The notes under the pieces are model-generated. The model had not been told where the DNA came from, searched no databases, and saw only the letters and a program-made list of their open reading frames with translations. Of a stretch of DNA of 64,000 nucleotides, positions 1 through 11,806 are shown one piece after another. The first letter of the stretch is position 1, and each line of letters starts with the position of its first letter. The stretch is from Octopus bimaculoides (taxonomy: Eukaryota). Location: contig NC_068983.1 of assembly GCF_001194135.2 (NCBI RefSeq), forward strand, positions 93,588,702-93,652,701, read 5' to 3'. The position numbers and the translations under genes were made by a program.

Positions 1-59
1 CACACACACTAAATAAAAAAGATGTTAATAATTAAGTGTTTTCAAAAAGATTGTTAAAT

Positions 60-660
60 TTTCAGATTAACACCCGTACGATTTTCACTACAGTGTTAGG
101 GTTAGGTAGGTAATGATGCGGGTGTTAATCTCAAGATTTACGAAAAGATTTTCAAAAAAAACTCAGTTTGTAGGGAATAAATGTTTGTTAATCGTATTTG
201 AGAAAGATGTCTCGCTGGTAAATGACGGTGTTAGAAATGGAAAGTAAACTTATAATTCCCGCCAATTAGAATGAGGTCATTGGTAACCATAGGTACATAT
301 ATATGTGTGTATTTACGTATGATTGTCAGTGTGTCTGTCTATTTGACTCTCCCTCTCCTTCGTTTGTCTGTCATTGCAGTATCGAAATGTGATTTGATAC
401 TGAAATAGTTTTTTTTTCTCTCCTTCCTTTCTTTTTGTATTTGTTGTTGAAGTTTTCGTAAAGGTTCGTAAGAGGAAGTAGGAGTTGAAAGGATTTGTAT
501 TAGAAAGAGGAAATTAGATTTTATTAGGGAGAAAATGTTTACTGCTGTAGTTTTATGGATTTTATTCATTATTACGAAATTTTTGGAGTGAAAAAATGAC
601 GCAGTGACCTAACAAATTGTATTTAGAATATTAATTGCGATTGTTTAATCGAAGAAATTT
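60..660. promoter_or_regulatory. CpG-retaining, repeat-free segment; probable promoter or 5' end of a gene
   Basis: I count about 17 CpG in 1-660 versus about 3 in 660-1500. Motif cluster: E2F-like TTCCCGCCAA (256-265), CCAAT boxes (262-266 and reverse at 279-283), X-box-like GTAACCATAGGTAC (283-296), possible donor atag|GTacat at 292/293. Confidence 0.35.
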
Positions 661-1525
661 TGAATTGTGTAAATGTATGAATTTTAAACATACACACACA
701 CAGAGTAGATTTGCCTTTTATAGTATAGATATACATTATTTAATAAACACAATATGTTTTTATGTGCTACTATTAATTTCATGTGCTGAGAGCATGCCAG
801 ACAGTATTTTTAACACATCTGGTGTCCTAGCACAATCTTCAGGCACTGCTCACATGGCATAACAAACTAAAAATGAGATGGTAAGATGAGAGAAAAGGTG
901 AGAAAGATGTATTCTTTTTCATTTTCTGGTTTTTCAACCATCCACCTTTTATAACTACTTCTTTCTCACTTTTTTTTGCTTTTGCTCTCATCCTATATGA
1001 GCAGTGCCTGATGATTGTGTTAAAAATGCTGATGTATTAAAAAATGCTGTCTAGGATGCTCTCAGTACATGAAACTAATAGTTGCACATAAAAATATATA
1101 TTGTGTTTATTATTTATTTATTTATTAGATAGTATTTATCTCTCACTAGATATGTTTCCGTTAGATGGGATACAAATATATAACCACGCAGTGCAAATAA
1201 TGCAATGCAATGTGTTGCCTTTCATATATATGTTTATGTATGTATGTACATGTGTATGTGAGTATATATATATGAGTTTGTGTATGAATGTATATATGTT
1301 TCTCTTCAAGATTTAAGTTCTTAGGATTCAAACCAGACATTAACAAACTGACAAGGTTTATTCATTTAAATCAAGAGTTTCATAGATTTTTAAATATGTT
1401 ATTGTGTGCATATATCTAGCTGTATGGGTGGATGCACATGCACTATGTTTCTTTTGCATATGAGTGTGTGACTATTCTTCATGTTTATATACACGCATGC
1501 CATACGTAATATGTGACTGTGTGTA

Positions 1526-1741
1526 TGAGAGAATGCTGAACAGTTCCTGGCTTTGGGTAAAAGAAAATACTGGAGGATCAGTTAATTATGATTTTATTCA
1601 ACATATTCCGCTCTCAGATTCATACACTTATTGCAGTGGTCTTTCACTTTTTCTAAACCCTGTAAAAGAACTTAAAAGGTTAGCTTCCAACCAGGCCTTT
1701 CACAATACCCTCAAAGCCAGGAACTTTTCAGCACCCCCTCG
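1526..1741. mobile_element. Mariner-derived MITE
   Basis: About 30-bp terminal inverted repeats (left tgagagaatgctgaacagttcctggcttt; right reverse complement cgagggggtgctgaaaagttcctggcttt), TA on the left and TG on the right. Interior ttttattcaacatattcc...cagattcatacacttattgcag resembles a mariner 3' end. Confidence 0.7.
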
Positions 1742-2229
1742 TGCATGTTCACTCCATGAAACTCAGATGGAAAACCTTTGGAATGTTTTATGAGTCTTTC
1801 TGGTACCATTAACTGATTTGAATTGGAGGATGCAAATCAATTTGATTCTGGAAATACTGTGGTTTTGGTTTCTTGGAAAACCCTAGTATTTCTAGGTATT
1901 TAAGTAAATCTGTTATGTAGTCCAGTGCACCTAGGATAATAGATACAAATTAGAATCTATATCCTAGACACAAGAGCTGTAAGGTCTATAGTAGTTTACT
2001 ATAGATGTTCGTTTTCTCCACAACATAAGATGAGACATTCACATTTGCTAAGTAGTTGATTTCTACAATATATTGGTGTGTGCATGTATTTTATGTATGT
2101 GCATGTGTTTGTGTACAAGTGTGCATGAACAACAAAGTATAAATACATTGAGTGAAAAATTGTGCATAAAAGGAATCATATGTAAGAAAGAAGATTGTGC
2201 TGGTATGGACTTGTGATGTGTATGGGTGT

Positions 2230-2410
2230 GTACAGCTGTATAAAGAAGTGTCGATCACTTAATATTGATGGAGCTTGTGAAAGAGGGAGACTTGGAAAGA
2301 CATGGAACAATGTTGTGAAGGCTTATCTCAGGACCTTGAATCTCATGGAGGAGATGACAAAAGATTGGGATGACTGGCAATATGTGATTCTCAAAAAGAC
2401 CTGTCCACTT
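2230..2410 (+). mobile_element. RTE-clade LINE ORF2 C-terminal fragment
   Basis: CIKKCRSLNIDGACERGRLGKTWNNVVKAYLRTLNLMEEMTKDWDDWQYVI matches the RTE C-terminal GxRxRGRPxKTW...W pattern also seen at 7985-8275 and 26281-26650. Confidence 0.75.
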
Positions 2411-2499
2411 TGGCAAAACTGAGATACTGGAAACATATGCACAACTAGGCCTCTCCTGCTCAATTTACACCACCCATCATCACTCTAATTGCAATATTC

Positions 2500-2900
2500 A
2501 TCATTATCATCACCATTTAATGTCCACCCTCCTTGCTGGCATGCATGGGATGGTTTGACAAGTGCTGACCAGGCAGAAGCCTGCACCAGACTTCTGTAAC
2601 TGTTTTGGTAGGATTTTTACAGCTGGATGCCTTTCCTAACACAAACCACTCAGCAGAGTGGATTTAGTGCTTTTTACATGGCACAAGCACAGGTGAGGTC
2701 AGTTTTGGCAAGGTTTTTACAGCTGGATGCCCTTCCAAATGCCAACCACTTTACAGTATGGACTGGGTGATTTTAAGTGGCATCTGCTTTGACAGGGTCA
2801 CCAAGTACTTGCACGATAAAAACAATCTCTTTTGGGAGGAGAGTGGGTATTTGAGAAGGTGATTTTGTGTCAGATGATGAAAGGTTATAATGAAACTGTG
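2500..2900 (-). mobile_element. RTE 3'-UTR-derived short retroposon; about 15 further copies in the window (e.g. 16290, 27540, 40980, 51430, 52100, 54710)
   Basis: (CAT)n followed by tttaatgtccac...catgc...tgggatgg and ctacagctggatgcccttcctaacgccaaccact. The same sequence forms the 3' end of the RTE copy at 25955-26650. Confidence 0.65.
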
Positions 2901-3509
2901 ACAGAAACAGGTGTCTTGCTGTAGAGGAGGTACATGGTTACCCGACCAGAGAGAGAGAGGGCCAAAAAGAGAGAGAAGGCTGAAGAGAGAGTGAGACCAG
3001 GAATGAAGACAGAAGCAGGTGCGCTGCCGCAAAGGAAATACAAGGTTACCCAACCTGAGGGAAATGCAGGGGAAGGAGAGAGAGAGTGGGTACAGCAGGA
3101 TAGAGATGGTGGCAAAGTGCTGAGTATACTCACAAGGGATAGGGATCAGAATATAAATGGGATGGTTGAGTAAAGGAAAAGAGAAATATAGATGGTGGCA
3201 AGTGTCAAGGCATACCCTTCAGGTTCGGACACTATAATATAAGTGGCAGGATATTGTGAAAGAAGCGTAATTAAAGAGTGCAGAGGTGGGGAGTGAGTGG
3301 CAAGAACCTGGATATATATAGAGTCGGGGCGGGGGGGCTACCAGACAGCAATGATGCAGAGGAACAGGGCCATGAAGACTGAATTTGGGAGTGAGAGCTA
3401 GGCATAGTGTATGACGGAGGAAATGTGAGGAAGAGAAGAGATGTAGAGATGTAGATTGGTTTGTTGGGGTATGGTGAGGGAAAAGTTTTCTTGTTACATG
3501 TGGGTGGAA

Positions 3510-3665
3510 CACACAGGTTGGGGGGCTAGCAGATAGCAATGATACTATGAGACAGGGCATGTGGCTGGGGCACACAGGTTGGGGGATAGCAGATAGCAAT
3601 GATACAATGAGACAGGGCATGTGGCTGGGACACACAGGTTGGGGGCTAGCAGATAGCAATGATAT
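3510..3665. repeat. 60-bp tandem repeat, about 2.6 copies, in a purine-rich tract
   Basis: Unit cacacaggttgggggctagcagatagcaatgatacaatgagacagggcatgtggctggg recurs at 60-bp period (3510, 3571, 3631). Confidence 0.9.
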
Positions 3666-4764
3666 GGTACAGTGAGACAGAGTCAAAAGGACAGGATTGG
3701 TGAGTGGGAGGTAAGCATAGTGCATGAAGTGGAAATGCGAAGAAGAGAAAAGATATAGTTTGGTTTGTTGTGGTAGGGTGTGTGAGAAGTAGCTGCTGTA
3801 ATTAAATGTGAGCAAAACTGCACACCTCACTAGCTTATCCTTGATGCCACTTATCCTTCTTATTCACCCAGAATCATTTCACTTGTTATCCATCTTTCAT
3901 TCTCAATACTGTCCTCTCCATTCACATTTTACATTGATCACCCTTCTGAGTCACCAAATTATTTCTCCTCATGTCTATCTCTCTCCTCACCCATCATATC
4001 TGCCTCACACTCTTACAACCTGCCTTATCACATGTCATCTCTTTCTTTCGCACTCTCTCTCTCTCACTCTTTCTCTCTCACTCTTTCTCCCCCTCTCTCT
4101 CCCCTCTCTCCCACCAGCTTTCATTCTTCCCCTGTCTATTCTATCATTATTATTACTCTTCAAACTGCACCCCACCTCTTTTTCAGCACTTAGCCATCTT
4201 CTTACTTCCACCTAACACATGTGTCACTGACCACCCCTAAGCCCTATCCAATTTCTACAGTTGTCACCTAATTTTCCTCTTCCTTACTTTCCCTGCTTAT
4301 CATCCCTCAATGATTGTTTCACATAACATTCACTCTCTCTCACCATTTTCCATCTCTAACCGTCTCTCACATCTACCATACACTCTTACAACCTCTACTC
4401 ACTCACATTCACATTCTCCTTTCCCAACCCACTTCTATTCACCTCCTGTGTTGTGTCTCTTCTGTCTAACACCTTATCACCACTATTTTTATCTCAGTCC
4501 AACCCCACCCTGACCACTCCTACCCTCTCTTCTATAATGTGAGTTGCTGTGCAGCTCCTCCACAGCAAGAGACTTTTTCTATGGCAACCTCAATAGTGTT
4601 GCTTTCATGAAAAAGGCACCCATTACATTCTGTTAAGTTTTGTAGAAATCAGACACTGGATCATGATGCAATCTTCAAGTATATGACCTGTCAGATCCTG
4701 ACGAACCACCCAACCCATACGAGCATGAAACATGGAGGCTAAATGATGATAATGATGATATAGG

Positions 4765-5135
4765 TGTGGATATGGCTTTGTGGTAAGAAGCTTGCTTCCC
4801 AACCTCATGGTTCCAGGTTCAGTTCCATTGCATGGCACCTTGGGCAACTGTCTGCTACTATAGCCTTGGGCTGACCAAAGCCTTGGGCTGACCAAAGCCT
4901 TGGGCTGACCAAAGCCTTGTGAATGGATTTGATAGACAGAAACTGAAAAGAAGCTCATCATATGTGTGTGTCTGTGTTTGCCCCCACCACTGCTTGACAG
5001 CTAGTGTTGGTGTGTTTATGTCCCCATAACCTAGCAGTTTGGCAAAAGTATTTGATAAAAAAAGTCCCAGGCTCTCTTCAAGGTAATGCCCCTGCATTGC
5101 CACAGTCTAATGACTGAAACAAGTAAAAAATAAAA
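4765..5135 (+). mobile_element. Bipartite tRNA-derived SINE, family A (representative copy; more than 20 copies on both strands)
   Basis: Head ggc...tgtggtaagaagcttgcttcccaacc...ggttcagttccattgcatggcaccttgggcaa...gtggatttg...gaaactgaaagaagc, internal (TG)n/(TA)n tract, tail tgtgtttatgtcccc...actgaaacaagtaaaa. Other copies near 17190, 18225, 19600, 20070, 32230, 42640(-), 52830, 57960(-), 59990(-), 62650, 62990. Possibly one of the published octopus tRNA-SINE families; not verified. Confidence 0.85.
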
Positions 5136-5619
5136 CAAATAAAAGATATATCCATACATACACACATCCACACACACGTGCATATCTGTACAGATATGTA
5201 TGTATATTTGTGTGTGTTTGTATATATGTGTATGTATGTGTGTATATAATACAGTTAGAGGGGTACTTGTGGCTGTATTGCCACTCTTGTGTGTGCCTCT
5301 CTGCTTTGTGTATCACTTTTAATTCATAGTAGTCTACAAACGAAGAATATTGCCATTTAAGATTGGATTCTTACTCTTGTATGCAAGCTGATTTATTTTC
5401 CTGTCATAAAAATGTGTAGATATATTTGCATTGCATCTAGTGATTGAATCAGTATGCCTATTTAATGTATGTTGGCATGATATGGATGTAGGTTTCTCTT
5501 TTGATAGAGCTACTCCAATTTTCAGTGAGCCCATTTACCATATTCTGATCAGTCTGCCATGTCAGTTTTGGTAAGGTTTGTGTACTGTCCTTCTTGGCAC
5601 CTTATATACCACATCTCAG

Positions 5620-6257
5620 CCCTTTAGCATTTAATCATTTCACATTTAATCTAGCTATATCTGATCCAAATATTCTACCTGTTTTATGTCCAGATTGACC
5701 AGATCTGTCCTCATCTCCTGCTACAATGTAATTTTAAAAATATATAATCACATCATTGACATCTCAAATATACAGGGTGTCCCCAAAGTCTGGGTACATG
5801 GGGATTAACACATACTTTAAAAAATTATTATTTCTTATATTTAATTGTTTATGTTATGATTTTATTTACTCCATGTACCCACATGGGGATTAACACATAC
5901 TTTAAGAAATTATTATTTCTTATATTTAATTGTTTATGTTATGATTTTATTTACTCCATGTACCCACATGGGGATTAACACATACTTTAAGAAATTATTA
6001 TTTCTTATATTTAATTGTTTATGTTATGATTTTATTTACTCCATGTACCCACATGGGGATTAACACATACTTTAAGAAATTATTATTTCTTATATTTAAT
6101 TGTTTATGTTATGATTTTATTTACTCCATGTACCCAGTTTTTGTGGACACCCTGTATAATCACATCAATGACATCATTGACAAGACTGCATGGTAAATTC
6201 AAAACAATGTGAATAAATAAACGTTACTTTTGATAGAATAATGTGAATGCTAAAGGG
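5620..6257. mobile_element. piggyBac-type (TTAA) MITE, interrupted by a mariner-type MITE
   Basis: Termini ccctttagcatt / aatgctaaaggg followed by TTAA at 6258-6261. Interior matches the copies at 14527-14746 and 61348-61567 in reverse orientation. Confidence 0.7.
5773..6154. mobile_element. Tc1/mariner-type MITE with its interior amplified as 4 x 85-bp tandem units
   Basis: TA at 5771-5772 and 6155-6156. TIRs cagggtgtccccaaagtctgggtacatgg / ccatgtacccagtttttgtggacaccctg. Units start at 5796, 5881, 5966, 6051; only one substitution visible (aaaaaatt vs aagaaatt in unit 1). Confidence 0.9.
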
Positions 6258-6274
6258 TTAAACTAGGTATGTCT

Positions 6275-6468
6275 AGTTCAAATATTCTACCTGCTTTAAC
6301 TTCAAACCAACCAGATCTGGCCTGTCACACCTACCTTACAATGTCATTCTAAAAATAAACAATCATATCATTGTAATCTGGAAGCTATGAGATAATGTAT
6401 AGTTAATTCAAAACAATGTGAATAATAAGAATTACATTTGACAGAGCAATCTGAATACTTAAGGGTTA
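6275..6468. mobile_element. Second, partial piggyBac-type MITE copy
   Basis: aatattctacctg...acacctaccttacaatgtcattctaaaaataaac...atttgacagagcaatctgaatacttaagggttag is homologous to the 5620-6257 family. Confidence 0.65.
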
Positions 6469-6959
6469 GCTTGATAAGTGGATTTCGCAAACATCTGGCT
6501 ATTCATTTTACTGGTGTATTGTTCAAAAGTTTAGGACTTACAGATGATTTATCTCATTGATCTACTTGTTTTGCATTGATTTTGGCAGTGAAATTGGTTT
6601 CTCACCAGATTTTCTTATGCCTGTTAGCTATTTCACAATTCAGCATGGCATCTACACAAACACTATGCTATCAATTTTTTTATTATCATACAACTTACAG
6701 GTCTTAGCTATTTAATTATCTTGTTAACATGCTTCATAATACTTGTAAACATGCTTCAAAATATTTATCTCATTGTAACGTTATATGTGACTGTGTAGTT
6801 AAAAAAACTCTCTTTGCAACTGTGTGATTTCAGGTTTAGTCCCATGGTGCGGCACCTTAGGCAAGTATTTTCTACTATTGCCCCAGGCCAACCAATGGCT
6901 AATGAGTGAATTTAGTTGATAGAATCTGAGTTGAAGTCCTTTGTGTGTATATCTTTTAT

Positions 6960-7704
6960 TTTTTACTTGTGTCAGTCATTAGTCTGTGGCCATGCTGGGG
7001 TACTACCTTGAAGAAATTTAGTTGAGTGAATTGACCCCAGAACTTATTTTTTTGTTAAGCCTGGTACTATTCTATTGGTCTCTTTTACTGAACCATGAAG
7101 TTGTGGGTTTGTAATCACACCAACACCAGTTGTCAGGCAGTGATGAGGGACAAAACTCAGATACAATCTCAGACAGAAACACCCCCACACACACATGCAC
7201 ACGCACCCATGCATGTGCACACACACACACATACTATTGGGCTCCTTTCAGTTTCTCTCACCTAAATCCATCCACAAGGCTGTGATTGGCCTGAGGTTAT
7301 AGTTAAAGACACTTGCTCAAGGTGCCACACAGTGGGACTGAACCTGGAACCACGTGGTTGGGAAGCAAACTTCTTACCGCACAGCCATGTCAGCACACAC
7401 ATACTCTTTCACTCTTTTGCTTGTTTCAGTCATTTGACTGTGGCCATGCTGGAGCACCGCCTTTTAGTCGAGCAAATCGACCCCAGGACTTATTCTTTGT
7501 AAGCCTAGTACTTATTCTATCAGTCTCTTTTGCCGAACTGCTAAGTTATGGGGATGTAAACACACCAGCATTGGTTGTCAAGCGATGTTGGTGGGACAAA
7601 CACAGACACACAAAGACACACATATATATATACATATACATATATACGATGGACTTCTTTCAGTTTCCATCTACCAAATCCACTCACAAGGCTTTGGTCA
7701 GCCC
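6960..7704 (-). mobile_element. Two adjacent family-A SINE copies on the minus strand; the second runs into a gap
   Basis: Reverse complements of SINE tail and head at 6960-7395 and 7405-7704. Confidence 0.8.
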
Positions 7705-7984
7705 NNNNNNNNNNNNNNNNNNNNNNNNNNNNNNNNNNNNNNNNNNNNNNNNNNNNNNNNNNNNNNNNNNNNNNNNNNNNNNNNNNNNNNNNNNNNNNNN
7801 NNNNNNNNNNNNNNNNNNNNNNNNNNNNNNNNNNNNNNNNNNNNNNNNNNNNNNNNNNNNNNNNNNNNNNNNNNNNNNNNNNNNNNNNNNNNNNNNNNNN
7901 NNNNNNNNNNNNNNNNNNNNNNNNNNNNNNNNNNNNNNNNNNNNNNNNNNNNNNNNNNNNNNNNNNNNNNNNNNNNNNNNNNNN

Positions 7985-8275
7985 CAGGTCTTCCTGGGCC
8001 TACCTCTTCCACGGGTTCCCTCAACTGTTAGGGTGTGGCACTTTTTCACGTAGCTATCCTCATCCATTCTCACCACATGTCCATACCAGCGCAATCGTCT
8101 CTCTTGCACATCACAACTGATGCTTCTAATGTTCAGCTTTTCTCTCAAGATACTTACACTCTGACGGGTATTCACATTGACATTACACATCCAACGGAGC
8201 ATACTGGCTTCATTCCTTGCGAGCTTACGTATGTCCTCAGCAGTTACAGCCCATGTTTCACTGCCATGTAGCATG
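7985..8275 (-). mobile_element. RTE-clade LINE ORF2 C-terminal fragment
   Basis: MLHGSETWAVTAEDIRKLARNEASMLRWMCNV...LRWYGHVVRMDEDSYVKKCHTLTVEGTRGRGRPRKT: canonical RTE motifs LYGSETW, LRWYGHV, RGRPRKTW. Truncated by the gap. Confidence 0.9.
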
Positions 8276-8761
8276 ACTGTTCATAAATTTATTTATGAGG
8301 CTAGAAATGGATATTAATCAATTTGAACCAGTGGTCTAGCATATTAAAAAAAGATCCGAAGATTAAAATTATATTATATACCTGGTCATCCCTTGTGTAA
8401 GAGAAAAAAGCTAGGTCAGTTCCTCCTCAACTTTTTGCGAACTCTTAAATATATTTCCTGGGTATATATATACATATTTTACCAAATCCTTTTTGTTATA
8501 ACAATGTTGTAAACTGTTTCAAACATATTCTTATTATTATTATCAAAGAATGTATATATGTATTTTGATACTTAAACTGTTTCTAACATTTTCTATTATT
8601 ATCAAAGAATATGTATATGTATTTTTCCATATACGTATTTTTCCATATATGTATTTTCATACTTACACTGTTTTTAACATTTTCGTCTTATTATCAGAGA
8701 ATGTATATATGTATTTCAATACCTTTGTGATAATCAGTATGTAACACTACAAAGCTCATAC

Positions 8762-9465
8762 NNNNNNNNNNNNNNNNNNNNNNNNNNNNNNNNNNNNNNN
8801 NNNNNNNNNNNNNNNNNNNNNNNNNNNNNNNNNNNNNNNNNNNNNNNNNNNNNNNNNNNNNNNNNNNNNNNNNNNNNNNNNNNNNNNNNNNNNNNNNNNN
8901 NNNNNNNNNNNNNNNNNNNNNNNNNNNNNNNNNNNNNNNNNNNNNNNNNNNNNNNNNNNNNNNNNNNNNNNNNNNNNNNNNNNNNNNNNNNNNNNNNNNN
9001 NNNNNNNNNNNNNNNNNNNNNNNNNNNNNNNNNNNNNNNNNNNNNNNNNNNNNNNNNNNNNNNNNNNNNNNNNNNNNNNNNNNNNNNNNNNNNNNNNNNN
9101 NNNNNNNNNNNNNNNNNNNNNNNNNNNNNNNNNNNNNNNNNNNNNNNNNNNNNNNNNNNNNNNNNNNNNNNNNNNNNNNNNNNNNNNNNNNNNNNNNNNN
9201 NNNNNNNNNNNNNNNNNNNNNNNNNNNNNNNNNNNNNNNNNNNNNNNNNNNNNNNNNNNNNNNNNNNNNNNNNNNNNNNNNNNNNNNNNNNNNNNNNNNN
9301 NNNNNNNNNNNNNNNNNNNNNNNNNNNNNNNNNNNNNNNNNNNNNNNNNNNNNNNNNNNNNNNNNNNNNNNNNNNNNNNNNNNNNNNNNNNNNNNNNNNN
9401 NNNNNNNNNNNNNNNNNNNNNNNNNNNNNNNNNNNNNNNNNNNNNNNNNNNNNNNNNNNNNNNNN
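8762..9465. other. Assembly gap. Others: 7705-7984, 15813-16081, 25384-25900, 45318-45626, 45906-46538, 49352-49361, 49954-50252, 57237-57486
   Basis: Runs of N, mostly adjacent to (TA)n tracts or high-copy repeats. Confidence 1.
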
Positions 9466-10504
9466 TTATGTCCTCATGACTTACTGGTTTGGCAAAAAAT
9501 AAATACCTGGGTTGATTTTTTTTTACTAAACCCTTCAAAGTGGTGTCCCAACATGGTTACAGTCCAATGAGTGAAACAAGTAAAATATAAAAGATATATA
9601 TAGTGTGATCTAAGGTCTCTTTTGTGTGGTTTGTTATTTATGTATCCAGCCTTAGCACTGATAGTGAGGGCTGATCTTCCGTGGATGAGCAGATCTCTGC
9701 AAGTGGCTATCTCATGAAATTTGGTTTTGATGATGTTAACTCCCTCTGTGATTGTGAGTTAGAAGTCAAGTGGAAGGAGGGATGTAGGTGATTTCTTTTT
9801 CATCAACACTGGCCTTCTAGATCTAGGCAAGTCCTCAACTGAACTTGTAGCTTTGAATCACATGAAAGTTACATTGCTAGGCGAGCTCTGATCTTTTAGA
9901 TTTTTCCATCATTTTTGAGTAATGAATACACTAGGTTTGGGCAACCATTGTTGAAAAGTGGACTGCATGGCACATGGCTCATCATTAAATGAGCCACACT
10001 ACTTTAAAAATTAAGAGTTCAAGGTAATTTTTTGTTAGGCATGTCATTCATAAAGTCTTGTGAGCTGCAGTTTTCCCATGACTGGAATGTACTATGTACT
10101 CTTGTCTCTTGATAATGGCTACCAAAAGATATGCACAACAAAGTAGCAAAGTGTATTAAAAACATATAAATACAAAATTGTAGCAAATGAAAATAAAAAT
10201 GTTATATATTACCTAAATGCTAAAAGGACTTCTAAATTTGTGTGTGTGTGAAAATAAAATTATTTTAAAGCAAGTTGAAGAGTAATAGAACATGTATTAA
10301 TGAGGTGACACTATATCATCACAAGATGTATGTACATACATACATACATACATACATGTATGCATGCATACATGCAAAACATACATAGTTTTATATATTT
10401 ATATGTAGATTTATGGAAATCTCACTTACTAGGGAAGCAGATTTCATAAGAGGTTTTCAGGATTAGCTGTTCTAATTTCAAAGCTGTTGTGTGTGTGTGT
10501 ATGT

Positions 10505-10731
10505 TATTTCTTTACTACCCACAAGGGGCTACACAGAGAGGGGACAAACAAGGACAGACAAACGGATTAAGTCGATTATATCGACCCCAGTTCGTAACTG
10601 GTACTTATTTAATCGACCCCGAAAGGATGAAAGGCAAAGTCGACCTCGGCGGAATTTGAACTCAGAACGTAACGGCAGACGAAATACCGCTAAGTATTTC
10701 GCTCGGCGTGCTAACGATTCTGCCAGCTCGC
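10505..10731 (-). mobile_element. Young tRNA-derived SINE, family B, with intact Pol III A and B boxes
   Basis: Minus strand gcgagcTGGCAGAATCGTtagcacgccgagcg...GAGTTCAAATTCCgccgaggtcgactttgcc (A box 10714-10725, B box 10651-10663). CpGs retained, unlike decayed copies at 16555(-), 38631, 39584-40870, 42405(-), 57488(-), 61860(-), 63400(-). Confidence 0.85.
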
Positions 10732-11759
10732 TTGTGTGTGTGTGTGTGTGTGTGTACATACGCTGGTTTCTGTTTGCATACATATGTCTGCATGCACACG
10801 CACACACACACACACACACAATCACTGAGATAAATTTTGGATTGATTTCTCCAATCATGCTTCACATTGTATAGAGATAGGTTGAGAGAAAGCAAAAGAA
10901 AGATACAGAGAGAGTTAATATAAGAAGTGTAGGATGAGTGCACATACTTGGCTTGGTGGTAGGCAATGAGAGAGAAAAGCATAGACAAAAGAAAAGAGAA
11001 GGAAGGGGAGAGGTAGTAAATGACAGAGGAGAGAGGAATGAAAGCACAACAGTTCAAACAGTGTAATAAAGTATGAAAAAATGTAGTAGAAACAAACATT
11101 ATAAAGCAAAGTAGAAAAAGTGAAAGGAAGAGTGGGAGAAAGCAATAGGTTGAGAGATAGACAGAGGAGATGAGGCAGTCTTTTATAAAAGAATTGTGGA
11201 AAAAAATTAAAGCATATCATACATGAAAAGTTATTTGAAAAACAATGAAAATTGTGTAACAAAGGCAAGATTCATCAATTGAAAAAGTATCTAAACAGTT
11301 TGAAATGTAAAACAATGTTTTATATTTGTCTCTATAAAATAAAATTTTATAAAGATGAATAAGCATAACTGTAAATATGTTTGTATCAAATGTAAACAGA
11401 GAAATATGGTCTTATTATGTAAAGTGAGAATGACACACTCAGAAATGTGCGTGTATAAATATCAATGCACAAAATACATATAAACATAAACATGCTTACA
11501 CAAATGCTCACAGACACATATGCATTCACAAATATGCATTCACACAGATATGCATATAGACATTCCTACATATTCATGCACGTACACATACACAATACAT
11601 TAATTTTAAGTTAATACATATTTTTCTTTGAAAATATGTATGCATTTCATCATTTTGTACAAACACCAAGCAATTTGATAGCAGTTAAATCATTTTCTGT
11701 AATTACCCATAGTAGCCAAATTATATTTCCGAAGTTATCTGTCATATGATGGGTAACAC

Positions 11760-11806
<47 letters not shown>

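Noticed and set aside
5796-6135. CRISPR-like array
   Set aside because: Units are contiguous with no unique spacers, sit inside MITE TIRs, and the context is eukaryotic with no cas genes.
10640-10731. tRNA gene suggested by A and B boxes
   Set aside because: No cloverleaf or acceptor stem; it continues into a SINE body found many times in the window.
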